64,000 nt of DNA from Dicyema japonicum (GCA_011109175.1 RDEW01000085.1:74426-138425); one strand, 5' to 3'. Positions 50,600 through 64,000 are shown, counted from the first letter of the stretch. Notes: generated by a model not told the origin, from the letters alone. A program made the numbers and translations.

Positions 50600-52170
50600 T
50601 TGCACGCTTAATCGCTTTATTGATTCAAAATATAAATTTTATTTTTTAGGGTACAAGGGACAGATCTTTCGAAGCAAAACTTAGTGGTTGTTATTGTTTT
50701 CAAGTGATAAATTTGTCTTATCAACCAGTCAACCTTCTTATAATTCTTAAAACTTTTCACTTGGGTCAGCAATGTCCGGCGTCTCAGAAATTTTCTCAAC
50801 GTGAGAAGGATGGGATTATGGTCGCTAAAGAAACCATAGTTCACACCCCATGTAGTGATTCCTGCTAAAGAGGAGAGCATAGGGTTAAATCAGGAAAGGT
50901 GCAGCTATCAGTACTTCTTAAAGGAATTCTTTTGTATAATTTAGGATCATTCAGGATAAACATATCTATAGTACCATTTTCGATGAACTCCCCTCGGGTG
51001 TCAGAGGACTGTGAAGCTAGCCAAACGGAGTGTCGGGCATTTAAGGTCACCGCATATTAGAGCGTTCTTTAGTACTGAGAGGCAGGGTATATTTGGGGTG
51101 TAGGATTTTGGGCAGGATCCTTGTGGTGGAATATATAGGTTAATCAAGTTGATCCAAAAAGACGAGTACAGCTCCATTTTGATGGTGATCTGCTCCATGG
51201 TATCGTCTGAGTTCAAAAGTTCTGAGGTCCGTCGACTCAAGTCAATGAAAGGTATACCGTTCTTTATAATTGTGAGTAGTCCTCCACCTGGTCTTCCCTG
51301 GCGGTCCTTACGAATTACTGTGTATCCTGGGAATGAGAGTGTTGGCGTAAAGGATGAGAAATTGGATTCCTGGATGAGAGCAAGGTCAGCTCGAGTTGCG
51401 GAGAGGAGAGCTCGAAGTTCCAGGATCTTTCTTTTAATTCCATTTGTATTTAGTTGTAGAATTATTAAGTCTCCGCGTGGACCAGGGTTTTTTTTCTTAT
51501 TTATGCATTTAGTTAGGCGTGTAAGGAGAGTTTTTTGTTAGGTGACCCTTTTTAAATTCATGATGGAAGTTAAATCGTGAAGGTAATGTTTAATCTGATC
51601 ACGAATAAACTTTTCTAGAATTTTTGAAGATGCACACAAAAGAGATGTCGGTCTAAAAATGGCTGGTGAGTCCTTTGGCCGTCTGGGTTTCGAAATTGAT
51701 CGTATATTAGATAATTTCCATGTAAATGAAATAGAATTTCTATCTATTTCAATATATTGTCGAGAGACCATATGGACGAGTGGAATGAATTGATTTTTGA
51801 TTTTGAATCGTCTTCCCAACACCCTCTATCGAAAAAATAATTGTGATGGTATAATGTTTGGGTTGATGATGAAAGGAAGGACCATCATTTTTCTGATGCG
51901 TGATAAAACTCGCGGAGGAAAACTTCATTAACTTGTTTAAAAAGTTCTTGTTCTCAAGGTCATAGGTAGGAAACGTCTTCCTGGAGTTAATGAAACCCTG
52001 AAGTATATTCCACATCACCGTGATGGTGTTAAATTTGCTTAGGGTGTACATGAGATTATATCAGATTCTCTCCGCTTTTTCATGGCTTTGTTTCTGATCT
52101 ATTTCTCCAAGGTACGAATTCTCTCTCTGTTTCCCAAGATTGAATTTGTAGACTTTTAAACTAATTTCTN
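50600..52170 (-). mobile_element. Rearranged LINE fragments: APE with residual NPGP (50600-51490) and pre-RT/RT start (51540-52170)
   Basis: NPGPRGDLIILQLNTNGIK..LIQES..NLYIPP..CGDL..SDHNPI; FRPTSLLCASSKILEK. Confidence 0.8.
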
Positions 52171-53088
52171 NNNNNNNNNNNNNNNNNNNNNNNNNNNNNN
52201 NNNNNNNNNNNNNNNNNNNNNNNNNNNNNNNNNNNNNNNNNNNNNNNNNNNNNNNNNNNNNNNNNNNNNNNNNNNNNNNNNNNNNNNNNNNNNNNNNNNN
52301 NNNNNNNNNNNNNNNNNNNNNNNNNNNNNNNNNNNNNNNNNNNNNNNNNNNNNNNNNNNNNNNNNNNNNNNNNNNNNNNNNNNNNNNNNNNNNNNNNNNN
52401 NNNNNNNNNNNNNNNNNNNNNNNNNNNNNNNNNNNNNNNNNNNNNNNNNNNNNNNNNNNNNNNNNNNNNNNNNNNNNNNNNNNNNNNNNNNNNNNNNNNN
52501 NNNNNNNNNNNNNNNNNNNNNNNNNNNNNNNNNNNNNNNNNNNNNNNNNNNNNNNNNNNNNNNNNNNNNNNNNNNNNNNNNNNNNNNNNNNNNNNNNNNN
52601 NNNNNNNNNNNNNNNNNNNNNNNNNNNNNNNNNNNNNNNNNNNNNNNNNNNNNNNNNNNNNNNNNNNNNNNNNNNNNNNNNNNNNNNNNNNNNNNNNNNN
52701 NNNNNNNNNNNNNNNNNNNNNNNNNNNNNNNNNNNNNNNNNNNNNNNNNNNNNNNNNNNNNNNNNNNNNNNNNNNNNNNNNNNNNNNNNNNNNNNNNNNN
52801 NNNNATGGAAAACTACCTAAAAAATGCCAACATTCACTTGTATGTTGCAACACAGAATAAACGATAAGAGGGGTCTGAGAGCGCAGAGAAGAGATTAAGC
52901 GTTTGCAGGACTTGCGGCATGAGGCCAGATAATTCCCTCTTTAATTTTCCTTGCTAATAAAGTTGTTAAATTTAAAGTTCGAAAATTAAATAATGTTACT
53001 GTCTATTTCAGTTATTTTTTTGCTTGAAAGTGGTTAATTCCTTTTTGATCACTTCAGCAGTTTGCTACTGTGTGATTTAATTTTCTCT

Positions 53089-53720
53089 ATACACTCGACC
53101 CTCGCAAATTGTGCCACAATTTTTACAAATATTAAAATTATAAAAAATAAAAATTTAGTTAACACATGTCTAACAATTCCTGGACGCTATACTCGGCTTA
53201 CTTTTAATGAAAAAATTAAAATTGTTAATTATAAAGAAGAAAATGATGATCTTTCGTGTTAGCGATTAGCTGATAGATTCTCAAGCATGTTCCGAAAGAC
53301 GACATTTATAAAAATAAATAATCTTTTACTGAAGAAGGAAACTATTTTGAAAAATTCAAAAAATTAACAACCGACTGAGTTACAACTCAGTAATTTCAAT
53401 AATTCTAATGGATTCTTGGATAAATTCAAAAAGAGACACGGATTCAGAATGCGCAAGTTACACGTGGAAATACAAATTGATTAATCTGTCGACGTTAAAT
53501 TCTTTCTTATTATTGTGGCACTTTCACGAAAGCCATAATGTTTATAGCCTCGCATGTGCAACACTCAAAAAAATAATTATAGTTAATCTTTTTCATCTTC
53601 CTCTGTCAAATGCGAGTAATAATTCTTTCTTAAAAAAATTTAAAGAAATTTCAAAAGCACATAAACCCGACCAAATCTATATTCTGGATGAAACTGGGTT
53701 TTACTATAAGTTCATTTCAT
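53089..53720 (+). mobile_element. pogo/Tigger transposase remnant
   Basis: YTRLTFNEKIKIV (HTH), GFLDKFKKRHG (CENP-B HTH), IYILDETGFYYK (DDE). Confidence 0.7.
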
Positions 53721-53999
53721 AGAAGAGACAAAAACGACCGTACAATGAACAGAACTGTTTGGCAGATTCCAGCTTTTTACCCTCCCACCGTTCTGCCGAC
53801 ATTATGGTCTCGGATTTTCATTCCATCAGGATCTGATTCGCTGTGTTACAATAGTATGGGCAGCATCTGATATTATAATGGAAATGGCGGACACCTGGAC
53901 TACCTAGAGAACTAGCGCGCAACGGAAGATCATGGTCGGAGCTGACGGAGAGGATGATTCGGAAACCGACACAAGGGAAACTTAACTAGTTTTATGTTT

Positions 54000-56040
54000 T
54001 CTCGGGAGTGTATTTTAATAATAATAAACTATCCAACCTTAATAGTGAAATTACAGAGTTAATCAACAAGAGGAAATTGGACCGATGGAACAATTTCACC
54101 ACAAAAATTAACCACCGAACAAAACTAAAATATTTTTGGGTACTTTACGTGGAATTCAGTCGAAACAAAATAAAATGGAGACAAACCATGCCACCAGTAT
54201 TGACAAGAATCAAACACCAAGTGATTTCACTCATCAGGCAGATGTCATAATGGACGACTACACAAAAGTGAGTCACATCGATGTGAACAAATGATTGACA
54301 AGAATCAAACACCAAGTGATTTCACTCATCAGGCAGATGTCATAATGGACGACTACACAAAAGTGAGTCACATCGATGTGAACAAATGCTCCCGTCCATA
54401 CAAATTGAAAAACGTTCAAACCCCTTATGGAAACAGATTGAAATTAGTACTTCTGAAGTCGAAAAACTCATCAAAAACGTCAAAAACACTTTTGCCAAGG
54501 GCTTGATGGAATCTGTATTCTGCGATTAAAGCACCTGGGAATGCAAGGACTCACAACAATAACAGACATAATTTATGTGTCCATCAACACCTGCCGAATT
54601 CCTATACTATAGAAAAATCCCAAATAATCCCAATCCTGAAGCTCAAGAATGATCTTTCGGATCCGGGATCTTTCAGACCAATTTCTGTGGTATTGAAAAT
54701 TGTCGAACGAAACTAATATCAAAGTATCTTCTTTTTCCTGATTTTCAACATGGCTTTCGTCCACAATTCTAAACATTAACACATCTCTCTACCCGAACTC
54801 AATATATCGCTGATGGTTTCAATTATTATAATCCTCCCAAACGGACTATCCTTGCATAATATCAAAGTATCTTCTTTTTCCTGATTTTCAACATGGCTTT
54901 CGTCCACAATTCTAAACATTAACACATCTCTCTACCCTAACTCAATATATCGCTGATGGTTTCAACAATTATTATCCTCCCAAACGGACTATCCTTGCAC
55001 CGTTTGACCTAACCAAGACGTTTGATTGAACATCAAGTCGGGTCCTAAGTGACAAAATTATTGCATCTCGAATTCCTTCACGATTTCATAATTTTCTAAC
55101 AAATTTTCTCTTTGGAAGATTTGGTCTAGCTGAAATTATGTCATGTCTATCTCAGTACCGATTTTTTCCAAATGGAGTTCCCCAAGGCTCCGTTTTGTAA
55201 CCTACCTTATTCAACTTGCACATAAGCGACATTCCAACCGATTCCAAAACACTTCTCCTATTGTATGCGGATAACTTAGGTCATTCTTTAAGCCAAAGCA
55301 AAGAAGACCCTAATCATTATATATATATAAGCAATTCATTCGAACACAGTCAACTATGCAAGTCCTTGCTAATCAACCTCTGCCTCTCTTATTTCTATTG
55401 ACAAACTACAAAAAGTACAAAGCATCGCGCTCAGGACAATTACTGGATATCTCAGATCCTGTTGATCATCTACATTGGGAGTCTAAGATCTTCCCAATTG
55501 GAGATTATCTGGAAATGAGAGCCCTGCAGTTCCTCTCCCAAGCCTACAGCCTAGAACATCCCTGCCACTCTCTATGCAAACCGCAAAACAAAAGGAAAAT
55601 TATTATGACAACCAGTGACCTGTCTCGAATGTTATCATCCATCCCTTCCATCCCCAATGACAGGAGTCGTCTGAAACAGATACACGATTTTGTTTCTACG
55701 AGAAGCATCCGAAGACTCGGAGACAATAAAATATTACAGCGACCCCTCTTCCAATAGACCAATCAGAATCCTCTCTTCCAAGGGACGTCCGAGTAAACCT
55801 GGCTCGTCTACGATGTGGGCACCACCAATATCTACCAACATATGATATACTCTGTCCCTTTTGCAACCTCCACGTGTTGACAACAAATTACCTTTTTGAA
55901 TGCCATGAATTGCCACAACGTTTCTCCACAATGCCAGGACTGACCGATCTATGGGAGCGACCAACATCTGCTGCGTCCTACTTATTAACTGCTGGCCTCC
56001 TACAAGTTAGTGAGGCTTGGGTTACTTAACTAACTAATGA
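54000..56040 (+). mobile_element. Jockey/I-group LINE, RT through C-terminal Cys/His region, degenerate
   Basis: QHGFRP, FDLTKTFD, GVPQGSVL, LYADN, RLRCGHH..CP..LWERP. Confidence 0.8.
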
Positions 56041-57400
56041 AAGATGTGGATGTGTATTTTAATTTGGTCGGTTTAGAAAAGAATTTTGAAAAATCCGCAA
56101 CAAATTGCCGAATGATGCTAAATTAATGGATGGAGTGGATAGTTATCGATATTTGGGGTGTTAGAAGACAATTCCAGCAAAGTAGTTAAATAAGTTGTAC
56201 TTAAAAATATTGAAGAGCAAAATCGGTGCAAGATCAAAAAACTGTCAAAAACGAAATTGAATTCGGCCAATTTTTGAAGCCATTAATGAACATGCTCTAT
56301 CCCTTTTTGATTATGGTTTTTTCGAGATGGAACCCGGTGAGTTCGAGGAAATGGATAGATTAATCAGAAAATTACTTATTAAGTTGGGGATTCATATGAA
56401 ACCAGCTTGCAGAGAAAGATTATACTTACCGAGGAGTATGCTTGGAACAGGGCTGATATCAGTTACTTTTAAATCTGAGAAAATGCTACATGAGTTTAAA
56501 ACAAGGCTTGAAAGACAAAAAAGTTGTCTCAGCTGGAATTTTGGTGGGCCGAACAACTAAAAAACACTTGGCATCAAAACAAAAGTCTCAATTCAAAATT
56601 ATTTGAATCACTTGAGAATGATACATTTGACACAATCCTCGTATACAGTCCCGTAAAAATGTTACCGCCAGGGTCAAGTAATTCATAAGATAAGCAAAAA
56701 TGTTACTTTTATTTGATAATTTTTATTATTTTGAAAAGCAAATATGCTTTTTAAATTTTAGACAACCTAATCAATTTTTTATTTTTTTATTTCATCCTTT
56801 AAAAATGGGATTTTTCCACTTTTTATTTTTTAACGAAAATTAACTCGTGCATATGTTACCGCCACTTTACATGGATTACGAATGGAACTATACAAGACGA
56901 CACAATGAAATAGTCAATTGCATTAACATGCACTTATTCAGGAAATTCGAATTTAAGAAAATCAAAAAATTGCAGTCGCATTCTATTCTAAGCATAATTA
57001 CAAACCAGTATGCTGAGATCGAGTTGATACGACTATTCCAACAAAGTCCAGTATAACAAGCCTCACATTTTTTTTTATGATAAGAAAATAAACCAAATAC
57101 GGCTAGTTTAAATTAAAGTAACACCAATGGACAATCATACGGCTATTGAAGTAGAAAAACTTCATAAATTTGATATTCTTGCGAGCGAATTAGAAATCAT
57201 ATACAAAGCAAGAATGAAAATACTCCCAATTGTTCTGACCTGGAATGGGATTGTCTCCAGGTTTTTTAAGTCATACATGAACATGATTGGAATTATGGGT
57301 AGCACTCGATCCAAACGATAGAGCGAAAAAAGACTCTAGAGAGCATGACTATCGAATATAAGCACGGCTTCAATGAACTAACAATGGGGATCAATAAAAA
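56040..57400 (+). mobile_element. R4/Dong-like non-LTR retrotransposon, degenerate (with small intervening insertion)
   Basis: YRYLGV, ERLYLPRSMLGTGL, YTRRHNEIV, EVEKLHKFDILASEL..PIVLTWNG. Confidence 0.75.
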
Positions 57401-57599
57401 CTGGGAGGTGGTGAGGAACCCTCTTATTGGTTACAAGTCGGGAAGAAGGGGGCATGACACTGATAAAGAGCTGGATGGTCCAGAAAATGGGAGGAGAAGC
57501 GGAAATGCTAGCAAGAGAATTGCAAAGGCTGATGGACTGGTCGGAGAGTCCGGAAGTTGTTAATTAATTAGATGGCTTGAATATTTTGGATTTCTAATT

Positions 57600-57660
57600 T
57601 AATTTATTGACCCCGGATACACCGAGAAAGAAGTTAAAGTAAACAACTAATTAAGTGTCT
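57600..57660 (-). repeat. 3' tail of SINE-like family
   Basis: Near-identical to 46860-46918. Confidence 0.8.
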
Positions 57661-57849
57661 GTACTTGTCACGTCCCAAACAAGTAGTTTCCTTGCCTCGA
57701 AGAGAAATATGGTCATCCCGTCCGGTTGTTTCCCGTCACTTCTGCATAACCCGACCGGTTCAAAAATGGCCGAGTATCCATCAGCATCCATAGTTTTATT
57801 GTGTGGTTAATTTAGCAATGCATGTTGAATATATGATCAAAATGAGAAG

Positions 57850-59100
57850 CTATTATATTACCTTTGCTAACGTCTCCAATGACAGTACGGGCGAGGTTAT
57901 CTTGGGCAGTGATCGGGCCGAACTCCTCCCTTTGGTAAGGATGCGAATTACATTGAACATCCTTGATCCGTCTTTATATTTTGTTATTTCAGAAATTTGA
58001 TTTTCTACTTCACTTCTGGCAAGGAATTTTTCTTTACCTCTCGATTTTTTTCCAGTGCACTTGTATTTTCAGATCGGAGCCTCAGCTCTTTTTGTATAAC
58101 AGAAAGTCGTGTTATATCCGGACTGCTTTGTTTGTGACTGAGTTTGGGGGTGGGACCAAAACACTGGAGGGTGCTTTTTGTATAGCAACGACTATTTCCT
58201 ACCATACTTTATTTGCTGGTTGATTTTCGTTAATGGAGTTAATGTTATTCCTCAGAGTTGTAATATATTGAAGATTGATAGATTCTTCAAAACGTAGCCT
58301 CTCCTTGTCGTATCGTACTGAGGCGATATCTGCGTTTTCCATGTTTTCCATGAATTCTGTTTAGTATTAGCCGAGGGACAACAAGTTTGTGATCACTGCT
58401 AGTTTCAAGTCCGCCATATGACCTCGAATTTTGCATGAGGGCCTTATGATGTTACTTGCAGAGAATATAGTCAACCTGGTTGTATATTCGGATTGTGTCG
58501 ACAGATTTGTCTTTTCTGGTGCCAACCCAAGTGGTCTTGTGTCTTGCTGAGTGCTTAAAACAAGTATTGCATAAGAGTAGGTTGAACGCCGTGTAAAATT
58601 GTATAAGTGACTCTCCAAGGTTGCGACGATTTCTTCCGTGTGCTCCAATGCACGTTTCCCCTGGTTTTGCTTTTCCAGCCCTGGCGTTCCACTTCCCGCC
58701 GACAAAAAGAATCTAAGAGGACGAAAGCGAGTTGTATACACTCATAAGAGTAGAATAAAATGCGTCCAGCTCTTCGATATTTTAAAGACTCACACATTAA
58801 TAAAGGAAATGACTGAGTTGATTTATTTCCGCATTTGATTTGCAGCACTTCGACACGGTCAAATGCTGCCCAAACTCTTGTAACACAGTAAATCAGCTCC
58901 TGATGGACTACAAATCCGAGAATATAATGACAACAGACCGATGTGAGGGTAAATAAGTGGAATTTGCCATTCAGTTCTGTAAATTGTACGGTTGTTTTTG
59001 TCTCTTATAGACAGCAGACAAAGATGTTGTATTTTGCTAGGTCGCATGCCAGTTGGTGTTTATTGTGAGGTTGTTTAAGCCTTCTGCAATTGAAAAGTTC
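57850..59100 (-). mobile_element. RTE-type LINE APE region, degenerate (a homologous piece lies at 53720-53880, + strand)
   Basis: CCL.ETK..HYILGFVV; ARHKTTW..YNQVDYILC..NSRSYGGLETSSDHKLV. Confidence 0.75.
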
Positions 59101-59799
59101 CTAGAGTAAACGGAAACGTCGATAAGGAATACGAATAAGACATAGTGCAATAAAGAGGTCGTCACCACCTCAACCATAATATTTTTTTTAAATAGACTAA
59201 AATCTTCTCATCACTTCTAACGAAAAGTCAACGTTTTTCAATACAGAGCTTCGTAAGTTCAACTTGGAAACAACGCTGTTTCTAAGCAACTCTCTCTTTT
59301 CTGTGATTAAAAATTCTAAAATAATGGGTGCTATATTTGATGCTTCATTATCATTTAAAAGCATGTCTCGTATGTAGGTGGAAAATCTCACAAGCTCAAC
59401 TTACTCTACGTTATTTGGCCATTGGAAAGAGATCATAATAACGATGAAATAAACTGTTCCCAATTGGGGTACTATCAATAAAAACAGTCGAAAAATATAA
59501 ATGATTCAAAATTATGCTATAAATATAATTACTGACTGTTTAATAATACACCAACTGATCATCTGTGTTTAAATATTATATAATGCCTTTTTTGACTGAT
59601 AAGAAGTTTCANGTCGAAAAATATAAATGATTCAAAATTATGCAATAAATATAATTACTGACTGTTTAATAACACACCAACTGATCATCTGTGTTTAAAT
59701 ATTATATAATGCCTTTTTTGACTGATAAGAAGTTTCACCGATTATATTTCTTTCGAGGGAAAGTCCTGTCATCGTTTTAACTCTCCTCTGCATCATCAG

Positions 59800-60840
59800 A
59801 CCCATCTGTAATTTTTTATGCTGCGACATACGAGTAAAGGGTGAAATCTCTTTTTAGAATGCTTTCCATCCTTTTCTCTGCTGCATCTCTGATCAACATT
59901 ACTAACAAATCTTTATACTCATCTAACTTTTCGTCGAGCCTTTTGCGCATGGCAATCTTGATTCCTGATTTTTTAAGAAGCAAGATAAAACGATCCTTAC
60001 ATGCAGTGTAATACCATCCTTCTAGTCTAAAGATGATCGATGGAATGATCGTACGTGAAAAAATAAATAAATATCTATTTCGAGTCTTAATTTCCTCATA
60101 CATAAGATCGCATGGTGTGCTTTCTTCCTTCTGAGTATCAAGTCACATAATGTACTCCCAGTTTTCTCAAAAGCTTTTCCGAAACACTTTAGTATCTCAC
60201 AATATTGATTCCGAATAGGGACCTTTCTGATTTCCTTTACCATTCCGACCTAAGAACCTCATTGCGCTAGATTTTTCTTCTGACAGTTCTCTTCTATTTA
60301 CACATTGAGCCTCCTCTCTGAGATCATGCTCGATCTCACACATCAGACAGTAGTACGTCGTCTGCGTATCAGACATCACGTACTTGATGACCTTAGAGAC
60401 GGGAAACCGTCCATTAGAAGATTAAATAATAGAAGGTTCAAAATTGATCCTTGTGAGACTCTTCTCTTAATTAATATCATATTTGAAAAATACACATCTA
60501 ACATAAGAGTTTCTTCCTTCTAGATACACTTTCACCCAATTCACTAGTTCCTTTGGGCTTCCCGTCTAAGATAACTGACCGATTATGGTTCTGTGGTTAA
60601 CACTGCTTTTGAGACGTCGAGATATATGACATTCTAGAAACATTTGGATTCTCTGGCTTTGCATAACTAGGATTTGAGATGAAATAGGTAGATTTGAAAG
60701 CCTCCAGAAAACAATTTTTCTATTATTTTAGAAATAGATCGAATCAGGCTGATTGGCTGGTAACTAGCTCGATCCTTCTTCGGCTTTCCTGTCTTCACTA
60801 CCATCCGTAAACCGTTTTCTTCCACTCGTGTAGAACATGA
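59800..60840 (-). mobile_element. Decayed LINE RT fragment
   Basis: KTGKPKKDRASYQPISL, LVNWVKVYLEGR, VSQGSIL remnants. Confidence 0.6.
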
Positions 60841-61209
60841 CCAATTTTAATACAGTTAAACCACTCCTAACCGCCAACTTAAAAAATATTTCATTAAAAT
60901 ATATTTAAAATATGTCGAGCTAATGTATTTACCACCAAATGTAACAAGTATATAGCAACCACTTGTCAAACAAATAATTAAACTGGTTAAATCAGTTTAC
61001 CAGCTAAATGATATAATTGAATAAATTGAAAAAAATCTGAAAATTAAAGACGCAATGATATTTTTGGGATTTGATTGGAAAAAATCTTCCTAAGCACCAT
61101 TTTTAAATGTTTTAATAATTCCAAATGCAATAAAGACACGGATCCACTAATAATGAACAATGTTGAGAATTTAGTTTTAAGGTCCAATTTATTAGAATTT
61201 GTACCTGAA

Positions 61210-62040
61210 TGCTCCGGCCAATTGTGATAAGCAAAAGTCCTATTTGTTTTGTGTCTTCGAAGAGAAGAAAGAGTCCCTTGAAGAGACAGAAGATGTAAGA
61301 AGGCTTGCCTGCCTCAAAGCAGCCAGTTGTCACTCGACGGGGGCCTGGATGAACGCTTATCCATCTGCCGAAATTGGAAACCTGTTGGATCATGAGGCTG
61401 TGAGAATAGCTACCTCGCTTCGTCTTGGTCTTAAATTGTGTGCCGAAAGAATATGCCGCTGTGGACGTTGGATCGATCCTTTTGGTTATCATCCCTTGTC
61501 ATGCAAAATGAGTGCGGGTCGTTTCCCCAGGAACTCCTGTCTTAACATGACATTAAAGAATTCCCTTGCCTCTGCTGGACACCATTTTCTGTTAGAACCT
61601 GCTGGTCTTTCCCGAAACGATGGAAAACGCCCTGATGGGATGACGACTTTTCCATTCGCCAACGGACGAAACCTGATCTGGGACGCGACGTGTGTTGATA
61701 CTTATTCCCCGTCTAATTTGGTTGCTTCTGCTTCAGACCCAGGACATGCTTCGAAGCAGGCCGAGGAACGAAAGAGGAGGAAGTACCAGAGAATTTCGGA
61801 GGAGTATCTTTTTGTTCCATTCGCGGTGGAAACATCAGGAATCCTTGGCCCCCAAGCAGATGAGTTGGTTCGTAAGATCGGCTCCATGATTCAAGCTGTG
61901 ACCAAGGATCCGCGAGAGACTGGTTGGTTCCGAGAACGTATCTCGTTGGCTATTGTTAGGGGAAATAGCATGGCCATTCAGATGCCTTAATTTAATTTTT
62001 ATTCATTTGATAATAAAATTTATTTCTTCAAAAAAAAATT
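61210..62040 (+). mobile_element. CRE-like retrotransposon 3' part with open Zn knuckle + RLE
   Basis: TGAWMNAYP, CRCG..H.LSC, GKRPDGMT..WDATCVDT, KRRKY, VPFAVETSG, IVRGNS; A-rich tail. Confidence 0.88.
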
Positions 62041-62519
62041 ATTAGATCCCATGGTAGAAGAGATTTTTTTGAATATCGAATTAGGGGAAGAAGATATTCT
62101 TTTAGAAATAGTTAAAATAGAAAAGGCTGAATTGATTATAGCAATGAATTTAATTTTTGTCCTGAAATACTTGATAATACTTTAAATCTTGTAGGGAGGT
62201 TGAAGAGACAGACGATATTAATACGGTAACTAAGAAAGAATGTTATTCGACTTTTCAAATATTGAAAAAAAATTAAACAGTCTGAATTGTTTGATTTAAA
62301 TAAACGGAGGGGTCAAATCAAAGTTCAAAATCGTTGAAGAAAAGAAATGGGATTAACGACACACTTGATAATTTTAATCAAATATGAAATATAAATTTTC
62401 AATATTACTTTTTTTGACCTCCGACTAATTTTAACTGCCAGTTTTTTTTCGAATACTCAAAATTGGTGGTTAGTAGGAGTCTTACTTTACTTAAATTGAA
62501 CATGTCCTTAAAAATTTTA

Positions 62520-63990
62520 AATAGAATTTATGGGCCTTCTTTAAATATCCTGTCTTTGATGAAATAACTTACCGAGCTTTATTCTTGTTAACTCTTATCT
62601 TCAACTTTTCTATAGAGATCTCTATAAATTCTGTTTGCTCCGACAATAGTTCATAACAAGGATTCTCAGCGATGACATCATCGCCCACTTCCAATATCTT
62701 TTTAAGTTGTGTCTCAAAAACTAGAGGTATTTCCTCTTCTACATAGTAGGAGCCATCCAGTTTCTTGAGCATAATCTTGCTTGCGAATAACTCTGAGTTC
62801 CTCACTCTTCGGTATATCTTTCAGAAAGAAAGATTGTTTTTATTTAGCTTTCGTAGTTGAGAATTCAACTTATTCTCATTCCAACTTCTAAAACATTCGA
62901 GCAATTTGCTTTTGCTTGTCGCCGATTTTGTGAGACAAGTCTAAGCGGTCATGTGGATCTACACATCTTCTCAGTTTAGCCCTCAGATTATTTATTTTCA
63001 ACACAATCTTCTTGATGTGCCAGGGAATAGAGACAACCTCATCGTTTTTTGAGTATATTTTTTCTGGCAAAATTTTCCAAATAGTATAATATCAGATTCG
63101 TTATTCGTTTACTTGTCTTATCAATTTCCAGACAAGTCTTGGGCTCAGTATGCCTTATCCTCAACTCCTTTGCAGTGAACATCATATATTGATTCCAGTT
63201 TAGATTCTTTGTATCTTAACTGAAAGACTCCCGGTTCATTAATCATTCTCATATCCACCTGACCATAGGAGAGCCACTATAACCCATTCCGTGATCGGCA
63301 GGCCTGCAGTTGAGACCGGATATTTTATTGTTCAGTTCCTAGCACTTCGGAGAACTATGTGGTCCTCCACAGAAGAAACATCTCTTTGCTCCATTGAAAC
63401 TCTTGCATTGTGTCTGCAATATTACAATTAAAGTATCTTGGGGATGGTCTTTGGCCCACTCACATCCGATCTCCATCCACTCAATGAAAAAGCCTAGGCG
63501 TATCAAGGAAGCAGCTTTTGCCCTTCACTTAGAGCTCATCTTCACAACATGGAGTTTTCTTCCATCTCTTACAAGACGTTGTACCGACTCGGTGGTTTGA
63601 GAAATCTATATTGGCACATTCTTTAAAACAATTTCCGAAAGACTCGTTTAGATTCCTCGTTTAGATTTTGATCACCTTATGGTTTCCCTTTCCGAATGGA
63701 CAAGTCAAATTAATCTTTCCAATGAGTGAGATTTTATCTGACTTTCTTTTAAACTCTACTCGTAAAATCCCGCGGACGTTTCCAGTCACTCTGGCGCTTT
63801 ACAGGGATTTCAATCCACATAATAAGTTTGTAAATTTAATACTCCCTATTCTCTTGTCGAGAATTCAACTGTTAATACATTCGTTTTATCTTCAAAATGG
63901 TATGTCGATTCCCTTCTGGTCGGTGATTTGAGTTTATCTAGTCCCAGAGAAGAATCCTAATGTTCTCAACACTATTCTTCTTAAAAATCT
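62520..63990 (-). mobile_element. Decayed R4/Dong-like element, N-terminal half
   Basis: Frameshifted pre-RT-type peptides (PWHIKKI.., FEL..KIYR); weak by-eye similarity. Confidence 0.4.
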
Positions 63991-64000
63991 TTCAGGAAGC

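Noticed and set aside
1-64000. CRISPR arrays, rRNA, hammerhead ribozymes, alternative genetic code
   Set aside because: No repeat-spacer array or rRNA recognised; no convincing CTGAnGA..GAAA core seen by eye; in-frame stops in genes are explained by micro-introns

Overview
This is AT-rich eukaryotic (animal) draft-scaffold DNA with N-gaps, not prokaryotic sequence. It holds seven recognisable intron-containing genes: TMEM17, RBM25, GEMIN2, an adhesion GPCR, a PIWI-clade Argonaute, HMCES/SRAP and a divergent CUL3-like cullin, plus one orphan gene candidate. Nearly all reconstructable introns are only about 21-29 nt, with very degenerate GT donors. Together with a ciliary transition-zone gene, this best fits a dicyemid mesozoan such as Dicyema (inference). 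The compact genes sit among dense, decayed and nested transposons: CRE-, R4/Dong-, RTE- and Jockey/I-type non-LTR elements, hAT (Buster/SPIN), Tc1, pogo/Tigger and a structured ~320-bp SINE-like family. Most notable: (1) a PIWI protein with an intact D-E-D-H slicer tetrad and MID pocket that appears to lack the PAZ domain and the N-terminal RG tail; (2) evidence that 3' splice sites are chosen by distance, skipping proximal AGs; (3) a SINE-like family with conserved hairpins and a possible pseudoknot that shares a 3' stem-loop tail with many LINE families; (4) a virus-like 2A StopGo peptide in front of a LINE endonuclease. Many ~100-230-bp tandem duplications are probably assembly artefacts. 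All homology calls are by eye from remembered motifs; no searches were run.
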